A stretch of DNA of 64,000 nt from Nitrosopumilus sp. (GCA_965249555.1 OZ252243.1:1888001-1952000), one strand, 5' to 3'; shown: positions 19,863 to 30,430, counted from the stretch's first letter. Numbers and translations: made by a program. Notes: generated by a model not told the origin, from the letters alone.

Positions 19863-21689
19863 TTAGCTAAGTTTCGGAATAAAGATATAGATAATTGCAA
19901 TTATCTCTAACCTTCCAAATATCATCAAAAATCCCAGAACAATTTTTGTAGCAGAATCTGTATCTGTGTCAATTACTCCTGCAGATAACCCTCCAGTTGT
20001 AATCACCCCTACTGCTTCAAAGAATGCATCTTGGTATGGTACATCCTCTATTATGGAAAGATGTAATCCTGTAATTGCTGCAATTGTAGGAAATAATGCT
20101 AGAATAATTATCGTAGAAATAACTTCTTTCTTTACTTGGGTTGGCATTTCAGCTCTTTTTACTTTATTCAAAAGGGATTTGACATCTTTCAAGTGGAATA
20201 ATCTAAATATTTTCAAACCACCAGCAGTTGAGAATCCACATCCTCCAATAAACATCAAAATTATCAAAATGGTATGAGCTCCTCCATTAAGTCCTGCTAG
20301 ACTTTCTTGTTGAAGTCCTGCAGTGGTACTAGCTGATACAGAATAAAATACACTTTCTAATGGTTCCAAACCGCTGATTGCAACAAACAAAGCAGTTGCA
20401 CCACCTAAAATTGCAAAGTATGTGAGAACTTCTTTTCCAAGTTTTGGTGAAAGGAATTTTTTTCTAACAAATGCATAGTGAAATGTAAATGGCAATGCAC
20501 CAAGTATCATTGCACCCATCAAGACAATGTGTTCCTGCCACAGTAAATCTTCAAGAATTGTCGATGTGGGTGTGAATCCTCCTGTCGAGAGAGTACTCAT
20601 CGCCAATGAGAAATTATCCAGTATGTCTCTTTCACCCATGAAATACAGCAATGTTGCAACAATTACAATGTAAATTGAAAAAATGATTGTGATAGTCAAG
20701 AAAAGTTCCTTCATGTGAAGTGTTCTTCCTGATATGAAACCACGCATGGATTGCAGTTTTGATTCTGGGTAAAATGCTGTAATTACCAAGTAGATGAAAC
20801 TCATGCCACCTACAAGCTGTGTGTAGCTTCGAAAGAATGTGAAACTCTGTGAAAGGTTCTCTGGCTCATCAAATAGTGATATTCCTCCAGTTGTAAATCC
20901 TGCAGCACTTGAAAAGAATGCATTTGCAAAAACTTCTGCAGAAGTTTCATCACTTGGAAATACGTAAAGGTATGGTACGGTTCCAAATAGTGATAGTAAA
21001 AATAGACTTGAAAAGACTAGAATAGATGCCTGCTGTAAATTAAGACTTGATTTTTCACCATAAGAGTTTAGAAAGAATCCCGTAATTAACAAAAGAACTG
21101 TGGTTAGGTAAATTCCAGTAGCAATCACTGTATCTTCTAAAACCGTTGCAACAAGTGCTGGTACAAGTAACAAAACCCCTGCAAACTGTAACACAAAACC
21201 TAGGTTACCAAGAATTGCCTTTACAGGTGGACTCAAAAGGCGAGGAGTGGTTGCAGTAGCGTTTCGTATTACATTTGCAATGGTTGTTTGATAGATGATG
21301 CCAACTACTTTATTTTTCTTTGATATGACAGGAAGTTTTCTAATATCTTTGTCTCTCATTTTATGTAAGGCATCTTGTAATGTTGCCTTTTCATTAATTG
21401 TGATAAGTGGAGTACTCATAACTTCTTTTAGTGTAGTTGTTTCTGCATAAACTGTAACATCACTAACTTTACTTAGAATGTCTTCATCTGTAACAATTCC
21501 AATTGGGGTCTTCTTTTCATCAGTAACAATAATGTCATCTGTTTCATAGCGACGCAACATTCTTGCTGCTTCTCTAGTCTGTGTCTTTGGACTAAGGATA
21601 AGCACATCCTTGTCCATGTATTGTGTGACATACTTGCTTAGAACGTATGAAATAGCACGTTCTGGGTTTGTCGACATAAAGCTACCCAT
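19863..21689 (-). CDS. trkH: CBS-pair + TrkH/TrkG potassium transporter
   Basis: Two CBS domains; selectivity-filter motifs TTGG, STGG, TTAG, TTGG; GRLE. Confidence 0.9.
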   Translation of the reverse strand: MGSFMSTNPERAISYVLSKYVTQYMDKDVLILSPKTQTREAARMLRRYETDDIIVTDEKKTPIGIVTDEDILSKVSDVTVYAETTTLKEVMSTPLITINEKATLQDALHKMRDKDIRKLPVISKKNKVVGIIYQTTIANVIRNATATTPRLLSPPVKAILGNLGFVLQFAGVLLLVPALVATVLEDTVIATGIYLTTVLLLITGFFLNSYGEKSSLNLQQASILVFSSLFLLSLFGTVPYLYVFPSDETSAEVFANAFFSSAAGFTTGGISLFDEPENLSQSFTFFRSYTQLVGGMSFIYLVITAFYPESKLQSMRGFISGRTLHMKELFLTITIIFSIYIVIVATLLYFMGERDILDNFSLAMSTLSTGGFTPTSTILEDLLWQEHIVLMGAMILGALPFTFHYAFVRKKFLSPKLGKEVLTYFAILGGATALFVAISGLEPLESVFYSVSASTTAGLQQESLAGLNGGAHTILIILMFIGGCGFSTAGGLKIFRLFHLKDVKSLLNKVKRAEMPTQVKKEVISTIIILALFPTIAAITGLHLSIIEDVPYQDAFFEAVGVITTGGLSAGVIDTDTDSATKIVLGFLMIFGRLEIIAIIYIFIPKLS

Positions 21690-21818
21690 AGTTGGGGATT
21701 TTAAATAATTTGGGGTTGTGCACTCGTCTTGATTGTTAAAAAATAATTCACCTTTCGATCTTTTTACGATTTGATCTCAAAATTTTTGCTAACTTTATAA
21801 GCACTAAGCCTGAAGTTT

Positions 21819-22256
21819 ATGCGTAATACAATGGATATTGGTCAAGCGCAAGAGCCTGATTATGAATCAGTGAAAATTGATTACGTTGGATTTGTAGATC
21901 CTTATGCTGTAGAGGGCATGGTTGTTCTAAAGGCAGATAATGGAAAAGAATTCCACATGAGAGCATTTTCAGGTGAAGTTGTAAGACACATCTCAAGTTT
22001 TGGTGAAGATGAAGGAGAGCCTGTACCATCCATCTACAAGATGATTGAAGAAATTTGTGAGCAAAATGAATTGATTCTAGTCAAAGTAAAAATCTATGAG
22101 AGCGGTGAGGTATTGCGAGCAAATCTATACTTTACAGGCAAAAAAGACCTTGTATTGAGAAACTATCGTGCATCTGATGCCATGGCACTTGCATCATATT
22201 ACACTATTCCAATTCTTGTTAGAAAGAATCTACTCAAAGAAACCATGGAAGTATAA
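21819..22256 (+). CDS. Bifunctional nuclease (DUF151) family protein
   Basis: RASDAMALA motif. Confidence 0.85.
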   Translation: MRNTMDIGQAQEPDYESVKIDYVGFVDPYAVEGMVVLKADNGKEFHMRAFSGEVVRHISSFGEDEGEPVPSIYKMIEEICEQNELILVKVKIYESGEVLRANLYFTGKKDLVLRNYRASDAMALASYYTIPILVRKNLLKETMEV

Positions 22257-22274
22257 ATTCAGAAATAATTCATT

Positions 22275-22472
22275 TTACTCATCAAAAAAACCATCTGGAA
22301 ACATTTTCTTAATTCTATTTAGTTCAGTTTGATATCTCTGAATTTTTAATTCTATTTCTTTTACTTCCTTTTCTTGAGAATCATCTTTTCTTTTTTCCAG
22401 TTCTTTGATCTGCTTTGAAAGTGTCTTGTACATTATTGAATATTCTGGGAATTTTTCAGGCAGTTCGTTCAT
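22275..22472 (-). CDS. Hypothetical coiled-coil protein
   Basis: 65-aa ORF. Confidence 0.65.
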   Translation of the reverse strand: MNELPEKFPEYSIMYKTLSKQIKELEKRKDDSQEKEVKEIELKIQRYQTELNRIKKMFPDGFFDE

Positions 22473-22665
22473 TAGTTAAATTAAATATCAATACCACTAA
22501 TACAGTTATAAAATATTGCTTCATAATTCGGCAAACTCATCATAAATCAGTTATAGCTTAGTTTGTTGATTAATCATCAGCAATTTTTATTGTAATTTCT
22601 ATGGTATATTGTTATTCAATCTAAGAAACCAGAACCTTTTTGATGTGAGTAAATGACTTTGTAAT

Positions 22666-22914
22666 ATGGTTAATTTTGAGAAACTCTACAAAAAAGTGGC
22701 ATTACAAGTAATTGAAAGGTGTCATGGAGCAATCAAAATTACAAAACATGGGAAAATTATTAAAGTATATGATACAAAACGCCATATCTGGAGTAATGGT
22801 TTAGCCGGTCTTATAATTAAAGAAGAATGTAAGGATGCTAATCTGAGAGATTGGGAGATTGCAAATGTCAGAAGTTATGTAATTCAGGAATTACTTGCAA
22901 AATCTGAAAATTAG
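22666..22914 (+). CDS. Hypothetical protein
   Basis: 82-aa ORF. Confidence 0.65.
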   Translation: MVNFEKLYKKVALQVIERCHGAIKITKHGKIIKVYDTKRHIWSNGLAGLIIKEECKDANLRDWEIANVRSYVIQELLAKSEN

Positions 22915-23171
22915 TATGTCACTCTTCTAATCAAGTGAGGTTCTTTTAGCATTATGGTGTCATCTTTTATTGATGATAATTCCACTTGTTTGAGATTGTG
23001 ATTTGTAACTATGATTAATGCTTCACAACGAGAACAAAGAATTGTTTTTCCACTAGATCTCTCTTCTCGGATTATGTCTTTTTCTAATCTGTCTTCTTTC
23101 TGACAAGTAGGACAAAGTCTAGGCTCTTTTACTATCATGATAATCTCTCTGATGAAAATAGTTCTACCCAT
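22911..23171 (-). CDS. Zinc-ribbon protein
   Basis: CPTC…CSRC. Confidence 0.7.
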   Translation of the reverse strand: MGRTIFIREIIMIVKEPRLCPTCQKEDRLEKDIIREERSSGKTILCSRCEALIIVTNHNLKQVELSSIKDDTIMLKEPHLIRRVTY

Positions 23172-23362
23172 AATTCTCTGAATTATAATTGGTCAAAAAA
23201 GAGTTTGTATTGTTAATTGGTATCAGCATACTTTCTTGAATGTCAAACCGCTTTAATCATTCAGTCCGGTACGAAAGGTATTCAATGTATTTCCATTCTA
23301 ACCAATTAACAAGAGAATTTTCTTTTTTTAGGAAATTATAGCTTTGGATTTTTCAAAAATCA

Positions 23363-24454
23363 TTATGTGACTATTTCATCAAGACGATCTTCTTCTTGGG
23401 CTCGTTTAATCTCCATCGCTATTCTTCTTCCTACTCCAAAGGTCTTACCATATTGATATTTTGTGTAAGGACTTGTGGTTGCAACTATTGGATTTCCAGG
23501 AACCCGTAAAGATACATCATACACTATTAACTCCAAATCTTTTGTAATTACACTTTGAAGTGAGAATGGTCCAATAATTCCTGGGGCGTATTCTTTTTTG
23601 ACAGCTGCTACAAACTTGTCTCCCATCTTGATTACTTTTTCAAGCAATGATTCTCTAATGCTTGCAGGTGTGTGCCCTACCTCAATATTCTGCAAATCAA
23701 TGCCCATCTCTAGTTGTTGTTTTGCAGGTAGTGCATTATAATCATGGATGTTTGTTTGCAGTCTTCGTTCAATTCCAATAAAATCAACTTGGTCTGAAAT
23801 TGGTGTATGAAAGAAATTAAAATTCATGTATGTTCCTATTGCTAATTCTTCAATACTTGATTTTTCCAAATCTTTTCTTGAGATGATCCCTTGTTTGATT
23901 TTTGCATCTGATTGTTCTTTGTAATCCTTATAAGATGAAACTGTAAAGAATGCTCTTTCTAGCGGTCTGTTTTTTTCTTGAACCTTTACAATACATGGTC
24001 TGTTGATTCTCTTTGGGTCTTTGAATAATTTTGGATATTTTATTCTGGCTTTTCCTAAAAGATAGTATTGCCCTTTCTTTGCAGTTCTCTCTTCTGCTTG
24101 GAATAATTTCCGATTCCCAAAAATTGGCACTTTGAATGTGTTCTCTATTGTTTTGTATCCAAGATAAACAGTAAGTGATCTGTGTGGAACTATGATTGTA
24201 TTTGATTCACGTAACTTTTTCTGAATTTTGGCTGAAGCCATATCTTTGAATTTATCTAATACAATGATTTCATCTGCAATCCTTGCAAATCTTTGATATG
24301 GTCCTTCTCTTCCTTTTTGACAAAAAACGCTAGTCTGAAAGTCCTCATCTTTTGCACCATCCATTACTTCTAGTGCCGAGTGACTGCCAAGAACGCCTAT
24401 TCTGACATCTGAATAGTCATTTACTATCTTCTTTATCTCAGAACTCTTGATCAC
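23363..24454 (-). CDS. purP: Formate-phosphoribosylaminoimidazolecarboxamide ligase family (ATP-grasp)
   Basis: GSHSALEV.DGAKDE, IGPFSLQ, GRRIAMEI. Confidence 0.92.
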   Translation of the reverse strand: MIKSSEIKKIVNDYSDVRIGVLGSHSALEVMDGAKDEDFQTSVFCQKGREGPYQRFARIADEIIVLDKFKDMASAKIQKKLRESNTIIVPHRSLTVYLGYKTIENTFKVPIFGNRKLFQAEERTAKKGQYYLLGKARIKYPKLFKDPKRINRPCIVKVQEKNRPLERAFFTVSSYKDYKEQSDAKIKQGIISRKDLEKSSIEELAIGTYMNFNFFHTPISDQVDFIGIERRLQTNIHDYNALPAKQQLEMGIDLQNIEVGHTPASIRESLLEKVIKMGDKFVAAVKKEYAPGIIGPFSLQSVITKDLELIVYDVSLRVPGNPIVATTSPYTKYQYGKTFGVGRRIAMEIKRAQEEDRLDEIVT

Positions 24455-24635
24455 ACTATTCTTAGAATATGGGATCTAATATAGATAATTTTCAATTATT
24501 CTGTTCAAACTTTGGGACATTTCCACCTGCTGTTTGATTCGGGACATGGGAGATTTGTATCCTGGTATTTTTAGTGTAATAGGCACGAACCGAAAATCTC
24601 TTGTGACAATTTTTACAGAAACTATCTACATAATT

Positions 24636-25779
24636 GAGACTTGGGCATAATGATTTACAAAAAAACCAAGACTTTTCTCTAACAACAAAGCATTCTTTTC
24701 ACAATCCTTGGATTCTCACTTCCAATTACACAATTATAATACACTGCCAACTGATACACCAGCACGCAAATCAGCACGAATGATTGTACGTTCTCAAGTC
24801 CTTTCACCGGAACTGTTCTAATGTTAAACGTATCCTTGATTATTTCAAAGAGTGGTTCAATTGATATTTTTCTCTGAGAATATAATTTCCGACCAACTGC
24901 TGAATTGTAAAACCCTATCAACTTTATTCTGGCTGGCGGCGTAGACGGGTATTTTTTGACCGGACAGATTAATCTCATGGCATTATTCTTAGTTGACTTG
25001 TATGGTTTGGAATCATCATATGCCGGATCACACCATATACTATTCATCAATCCAGAAAGTGACCCAATCAATTTCTCATATGGCTTGCTATCATGGACAT
25101 TAGCAGTAGTTACACATGGCAGATAATGGAACAACTAGTCTTCCTGTACTATACCTCATGTGTAGTTTGTATCCATACACCCAACCCTTTGATTTGGAGA
25201 ATCCCCACCTGGCATTTGTGTCAATTCCTGCAATTGGTAGGTGATTCTTTTTGATGTCTGATTTGTGCCATACTGGACCTGAAGCTTTTAGCATTGAACT
25301 ATCAACTGATGCTGATTCACTATTCACCAATCCTTCTGAGACAAACAAATTTCCTACAGTGTTAATAATTTCATTGATTGGCAAGCATTGAAATCTTCTG
25401 TCAATTGTCCTTCTGTCAGGGATTTGGTTTAGTCTGCAAACCTTGAGTAATTTGTCATTGGTACATTTGATTGAGAGAAAATAATGCAGTGTGTTGTTAC
25501 TTGGAATTCTCATCCATGACTTTACGATGAATAACTGAACCATCAGAACAGTTGAATAGACATATGGCCGTCCTCGTCTCACTGCATTCTCATACAGATA
25601 TAGTGTTCCAACCAGATACAAAATACTAATAAGAAATGACTCACATAGAATCTTGTCAGGGATTTTTATTTGTTTTGTAATCATTCCAATGAACAAAACA
25701 TGATTGAGATCCTTGGCTTTTTCTATTTGAATAATTTGAGAAATCGGTTAAAAATTAGAATGGATTATGCCCATGTCTC
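24636..25779 (-). mobile_element. IS982/IS5-like DDE element with frameshifted transposase (25100-25696 + 24679-25134)
   Basis: TIRs GAGACTTGGGCATAAT / GAGACATGGGCATAAT; VDSS, GYKLH, ANVHD, DPAYD, RxxIEPLF motifs. Confidence 0.85.
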
Positions 25780-25970
25780 ATCTATGTGGTATTTTGTTTT
25801 CCGCTTACTTTGAGTTAGTCTGTGTAACGCCCTTGTACATGGCAATATTCATTCAACTCTCAGGCCCAACAGTAGGTATACATCACAAGATATGAAAAAG
25901 ATTTCGTATAACGTCTGTGTAATCTAAGGTACTGTTTTCTCGTGTGTAGTGTCGGTAGCTGGAATTTTCT
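25780..25970. repeat. 191-bp inverted repeat, left arm (partner 27747-27937)
   Basis: Manual alignment, 2 mismatches seen. Confidence 0.95.
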
Positions 25971-26615
25971 GGCATTTTGAATTAATGTAATCCATTTATT
26001 ATCACCCTCAACTTTTACTCCTGCTTTCTCACTTGGAGTCTTACCATCTAATCCCATATGAGAGCGAATGAAATTATGATGAATCTGCATGCCTGAAATT
26101 ATTGGTGAATCATCTTTCTTTAGGGAACGCATCACCTTCTCCCTGTCTCTTAGTTCACCATTTAGTCTTTCCATCTTGTTGTTGTTTTTGTCATTTTTCA
26201 TGTGAATATGGCGTATGTGTTGAGTCTTTTTGTGTAAAAAGTTTTTGGCTCTGTATTCATCTTTCCATGCCTCGTGAAAGTTTGGAGCTCCATCAGAGAT
26301 CAGAGTTCTTGGTTTCATTCCTGCAACCTTTACAGCCTCTTTGAACATTGGCTTTACGTCTTGGGTGTATTTATGATCTGAAACTTGCTTTGCTATCCAG
26401 TATCTTGTTTCATCATCCATCATGGCATAGAGATATTTTCTATCTCCTTTTATTTTGAGATATAACTCATCAGTTTGCCATTTTTCTGATACTTGAGGTG
26501 TTATTGATTCAAGATATTTTTCCATCAATTTAACATACTTCTTTATCCAATTCTCTATTGTTTTATGTGTAACATCAACACCAAATAGTTTCATTGAATC
26601 TGCAACGTGTCTCAA
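25860..26615 (-). pseudogene. 5'-truncated IS6-like DDE transposase
   Basis: WQTDELY, ISDGAPNF, NNKMERLNG, HNFIRSH, TPSEKAG, WITLIQNA. Confidence 0.85.
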
Positions 26616-26701
26616 AGATTCACGCTATTATTATGTGGATTCAAAATGGCTAAGCGATCAACTAATCTTTACATAGATGTATTTGTAATTAAAAAATAAG
26701 A

Positions 26702-26926
26702 ATGTCTGTGAAAGAAGCAATGAAAACAAGCAGTGGTTATGATTATGTAATGACCCACCCTAAAGAAATAGGTAAACATTTAGGAAAATGGATATTGATT
26801 TATGATGATAAGATCATATCTGTTGATGAAGATTTAATAAAGATTTACAGGCAATTTGAAAAGGATTATCCGAAAAAAATTCCTTTTGTTATGAAACTTC
26901 CTAAAGAACCAAATATGTTATTGTAA
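26702..26926 (+). CDS. DUF5678-like small protein
   Basis: GKWILI…IIS.DEDL…PFVMKLP pattern. Confidence 0.75.
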   Translation: MSVKEAMKTSSGYDYVMTHPKEIGKHLGKWILIYDDKIISVDEDLIKIYRQFEKDYPKKIPFVMKLPKEPNMLL

Positions 26927-27384
26927 TGAAAATAAGGAAAAACACTAAACGCAGTGTTAGAATAAAATACATTCTTTTCAATCATAAAGGAATTGATAGA
27001 TATTTGCCAATGGTTAATGTATGTTTAAAGCATAAAGGACATGATATACAAAGCACAGCTTTAATTGATTCTGGTGCAACATCTACATTTATTCCATTAT
27101 CTTTAGCACAGTTATTAGAACTAGAATTAAAAAATTCAAACAATAATGTTTCTGGTGCTGGTGGGGAATTTCAATCTTATCTTACTAATATTGAAGAAAT
27201 AGATGTTATCAAAGGACAAATATTGTTAACAAAATTTGAAAACTTGCGTGTTCGTGTTCCTACAGAAAAAGATGGAATACCTTTTGTTGTTCTAGGGCGT
27301 GATTCAATATTTTTTAGATATAATATTAAATTTCAGGAAAGTAAACAACAAATACAATTACAAAAACCAAAAAGGAATGATTGA
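26926..27384 (+). CDS. Retropepsin-like aspartyl protease
   Basis: ALIDSGAT and VLGRD motifs; TAATG overlap with upstream gene. Confidence 0.88.
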   Translation: MKIRKNTKRSVRIKYILFNHKGIDRYLPMVNVCLKHKGHDIQSTALIDSGATSTFIPLSLAQLLELELKNSNNNVSGAGGEFQSYLTNIEEIDVIKGQILLTKFENLRVRVPTEKDGIPFVVLGRDSIFFRYNIKFQESKQQIQLQKPKRND

Positions 27385-27716
27385 ATGACAATTAATAATA
27401 ATTAACCTGTTAGTCTAAATTGGTCAACTTTCTTTGTATGTACAATTTGGGCATTATGTTGGACACAAAAAATGAATAAAACAAGAAAATGGATTATCAT
27501 CCATGTAATTCCATATCCAATTATTTTCTATAATTTATTTCCGTTTTTAGAGAGTTCATGATTTTGGTTTCCTATTACGGTATTTTTGATTTATCCAAAC
27601 ATATTTTCAATATATTTTATACAAAAGTGGACAGCAGAATACAATCTAAAGACTTTTGGTTACAAAAGAAGAAAAGATTGGTATGAAGCAAATAATGACA
27701 AAACACCCAACAGTTA
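27385..27716 (+). pseudogene. Degraded small membrane-protein gene
   Basis: Hydrophobic fragments split by stops/frameshifts, ending …KWTAEYNLKTFGYKRRKDW…. Confidence 0.4.
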
Positions 27717-27746
27717 ACACGAAGAAGATACGCACATAAAGTTAAT

Positions 27747-27937
27747 AGAAAATCCCAGCTACCGACACTACACACGAGAAAACAGTACCTTAGATTACAC
27801 AGACGTTATACGAAATCTTTTTCATATCTTGTGATGTATACCTACTGTTGGGCCTGAGAGTTGAATGAATATTGCCATGTACAAGGGCGTTACACAGACT
27901 AACTCAAAGTGAGCGGAAAACAAAATACCACATAGAT
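27747..27937. repeat. 191-bp inverted repeat, right arm
   Basis: Reverse complement of 25780-25970. Confidence 0.95.
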
Positions 27938-29145
27938 GGCAAATGGGAGCATTCCGCTAGATCAGGCAATTTGATCAAAAAGGAGGTGATAATATGATCA
28001 GCATAGGAATTAATGTTCACAAAATAAAATGTGTTGCAACAATAAAACGGGAATCCAGAAAGAAGCTAGAGCAGACAATCTTTGATAATACCACAAATGG
28101 AATAATGGGTTTTATCAAACACGTCAAAAAGACATATGGCAATGACATACAGGCAGTGTGTGAGTCAACTGCAAACTATTGGATCAGACTACATGACACA
28201 CTAGAAGACCATGGAATTGATACAATTCTCGCACATCCTGCAAAGACCAAGATAATTGCACAGGCAAAGCTAAAAAACGACAAACTTGATTCAGACGTAT
28301 TGGCAGGACTTGCTAAGAGCAGACATGGTGTACAGCTCATTTGTACCAGAAAAATACCATATAGACTATACAGTCTGGTAAGAACCAGACTGAGTCGCGT
28401 GCGAAATGTATCAAGACACAAAAACATGATTTATGCAATACTTGCAAAATATGATTACGCCCACAAAGACATTCTCGCAGAAAGGAGTACGATGGTTGCA
28501 TGAAATTAATCTGATAGAATGGCAATGGATGCATATCTTGATACCATAGATATGATGCAAAAACAGATCAACACAATTGAGATAAAGATTGCAGCAATGA
28601 GGATGAGAAAACAAGACTACTAATGACCATTCCTGGAATAAACTATGTCACGGCATTGACAATAATTTCAGAGATAGTTGACATCAGCAGATTTGCATCA
28701 GCAGAAAAACTAGTCTCATATGCAGGACTTGCACCATCGCACAGGGACAGTACAGATGTGCACAGGGGAGACAAAATAACAAAGAGGGGTTCTGCATGGT
28801 TACGTAACGCAATGGTAGAGGCTGCAAATACTATGGTACGATTTGATGAAAGAATGGAATCATTCTATTTCAGAATTGCAAAGAGGAGAAAACAAAGGTG
28901 GCAGCTGCAAGACCGGATGCTTGCAATAATCCGGGTACATGCTAACTCTGAAAGTGTATCGTACACAAAATCATGAACTGACACAGTGAAAGTATAAGAT
29001 GCAAGGCATACCTGAGATGTCCTGATTGTACAAAGCACACTTAGTGTCCTCAGTAGGGTTGGAGACGATTTCGTATGGGAGAACCTTTCTTTGTTATTCC
29101 TCCAAGTATGCATCATAAGATACAAAAAAGATTTCGTATGGGAGA
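27801..29145 (+). mobile_element. IS110-family (IS1111-type) element with frameshifted transposase (27994-28976)
   Basis: IGINVHK (DxHK), CESTANYW, KNDKLDS, TIPGI, SYAGLAPS motifs; SD AGGAGGTG; subterminal IRs 27808-27843 / 29104-29139; AGA at both junctions. Confidence 0.85.
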
Positions 29146-29191
29146 TTACTGAGTTAATCTGCCAACATGTGCTTAGAATAGACTTTGTTAA

Positions 29192-29422
29192 TCAAATATT
29201 TCTAAGAAAATCTTCCTTTTTAATTTCTGCAAGGGACAAAACACCAAAAACAGTTCCAACCTTCACTTCTTTATGCAATGGGACAACGGTTACTATTTTT
29301 CCACCATCTGTAAATTTGTGCAAAACAACATGACTTCCAGTTTGACGTGAAACTTGAAAACCAAATCTATCTATCAGAATTTTTATTATCTTGCTTCCTG
29401 AAAGTTTAGGAAATTTCGACAC
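29192..29422 (-). CDS. hicA: HicA toxin
   Basis: GFQVSRQTGSHVVL…VVPLH…GT. Confidence 0.93.
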   Translation of the reverse strand: MSKFPKLSGSKIIKILIDRFGFQVSRQTGSHVVLHKFTDGGKIVTVVPLHKEVKVGTVFGVLSLAEIKKEDFLRNI

Positions 29423-29615
29423 TTAATGCACCAACAATATTCATGTTTTGTATGGTATCTTTTACATCTGGCATCTCTTCAAGATAAAGACTGACTGCTT
29501 CTTTGATATTTGCCAGTGCTTCTTCAATTGTTTGACCCTGTGTAGTGACACCAGTAGCTGCTTCTTTTATCACGTACATATCATCTTCTTTCCAACATAT
29601 TGTTTGTAATTTCAT
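29406..29615 (-). CDS. hicB: HicB antitoxin (short, no DNA-binding domain)
   Basis: TQGQTIEEALANIKEAVSLYLE. Confidence 0.93.
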   Translation of the reverse strand: MKLQTICWKEDDMYVIKEAATGVTTQGQTIEEALANIKEAVSLYLEEMPDVKDTIQNMNIVGALSVEIS

Positions 29616-29746
29616 GTCTTATTTTTGAGTTCAAATTATTTTAATCTTTTTGGTGCACGGTTACTGTTAGCGAGGGATAATATGAAATTTCTGGATTAAA
29701 TCTGAACGTTGAACATTAGGCTAATCATCAAAGAACAACTAAACTC

Positions 29747-29837
29747 GTCAGGGTCGCATAGTTTGGTATATTGCGTGAGATTGAAAATCTCTTGATCGAG
29801 GACCTCGATTTCGTGGGTTCAAGTCCCACCCCTGACG
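29747..29837 (+). tRNA. Class II tRNA with Ser-type body and GAA anticodon
   Basis: Acceptor GTCAGGG/CCCTGAC, D-loop TGG, anticodon loop TT-GAA-AA, long variable stem ATCGAG/CTCGAT, GTGGG-TTCAAGT-CCCAC, discriminator G. Confidence 0.88.
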
Positions 29838-29919
29838 GGTTTATGATTTTTGTATTCTTTGATTCTTTAAAAAGTTTCATTATTTATTCATTCTGTCATG
29901 ATATTTTTGTTTCAACATC

Positions 29920-30185
29920 TTATTTTTGGGCATCATCATTTGTTGTTGCAAATGCCATTGTTGATACAGGACCAGAAGTTCCACCTTGAATTATACTAAC
30001 CACTCTCATGTCTTGATGATCAGTTAAAGTAATTGGTATATCTTCTCCTAGATTCCAATCAATTTCATTTGAAATTGTAAGAATTTCAAAGTTTAGATTT
30101 GGATATGCAGTTTCTAAGATTTGACGGTATTGTGGAATTAAATATTCATCTTCTACATCTACTGTAATTAGTAAGTGATTATAGT
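29920..30185 (-). pseudogene. Fragment of an unknown gene
   Basis: Open stretch YNHLLITVDV…IIQGGTSGPVSTMAFATT…* with no clear start. Confidence 0.35.
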
Positions 30186-30430
30186 TTTACACTAAAAAAT
30201 GCAGATATCTTTGCCAAAGAATCTTGTACCGGAGTATTGAACGGTAACTATGAGCAAGCAATTAAAATCCTTTATGAATTAATTATGAAATCAAATTGAT
30301 AATATCATGTAAAATGCTTGGATTTTGTTGGTAATGATATGTAAGTTTTAGAATCATTGTTCAGAATTTCTCTTTTTGTCAACAATTCATAAACTACTCT
30401 TTTTAACAAGAGTCAGTTATTGGTATAATC

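Noticed and set aside
19863-21689. CBS-TrkH fusion as a novelty
   Set aside because: Sits in a housekeeping block and, as far as I recall, this architecture is common in Nitrosopumilaceae.
29747-29837. tRNA-Sec or tRNA-Pyl
   Set aside because: Canonical 7/5 acceptor/T stems and GAA anticodon; no UCA or CUA.
29771-29989. 72-aa ORF overlapping the tRNA
   Set aside because: Spurious translation of tRNA sequence.
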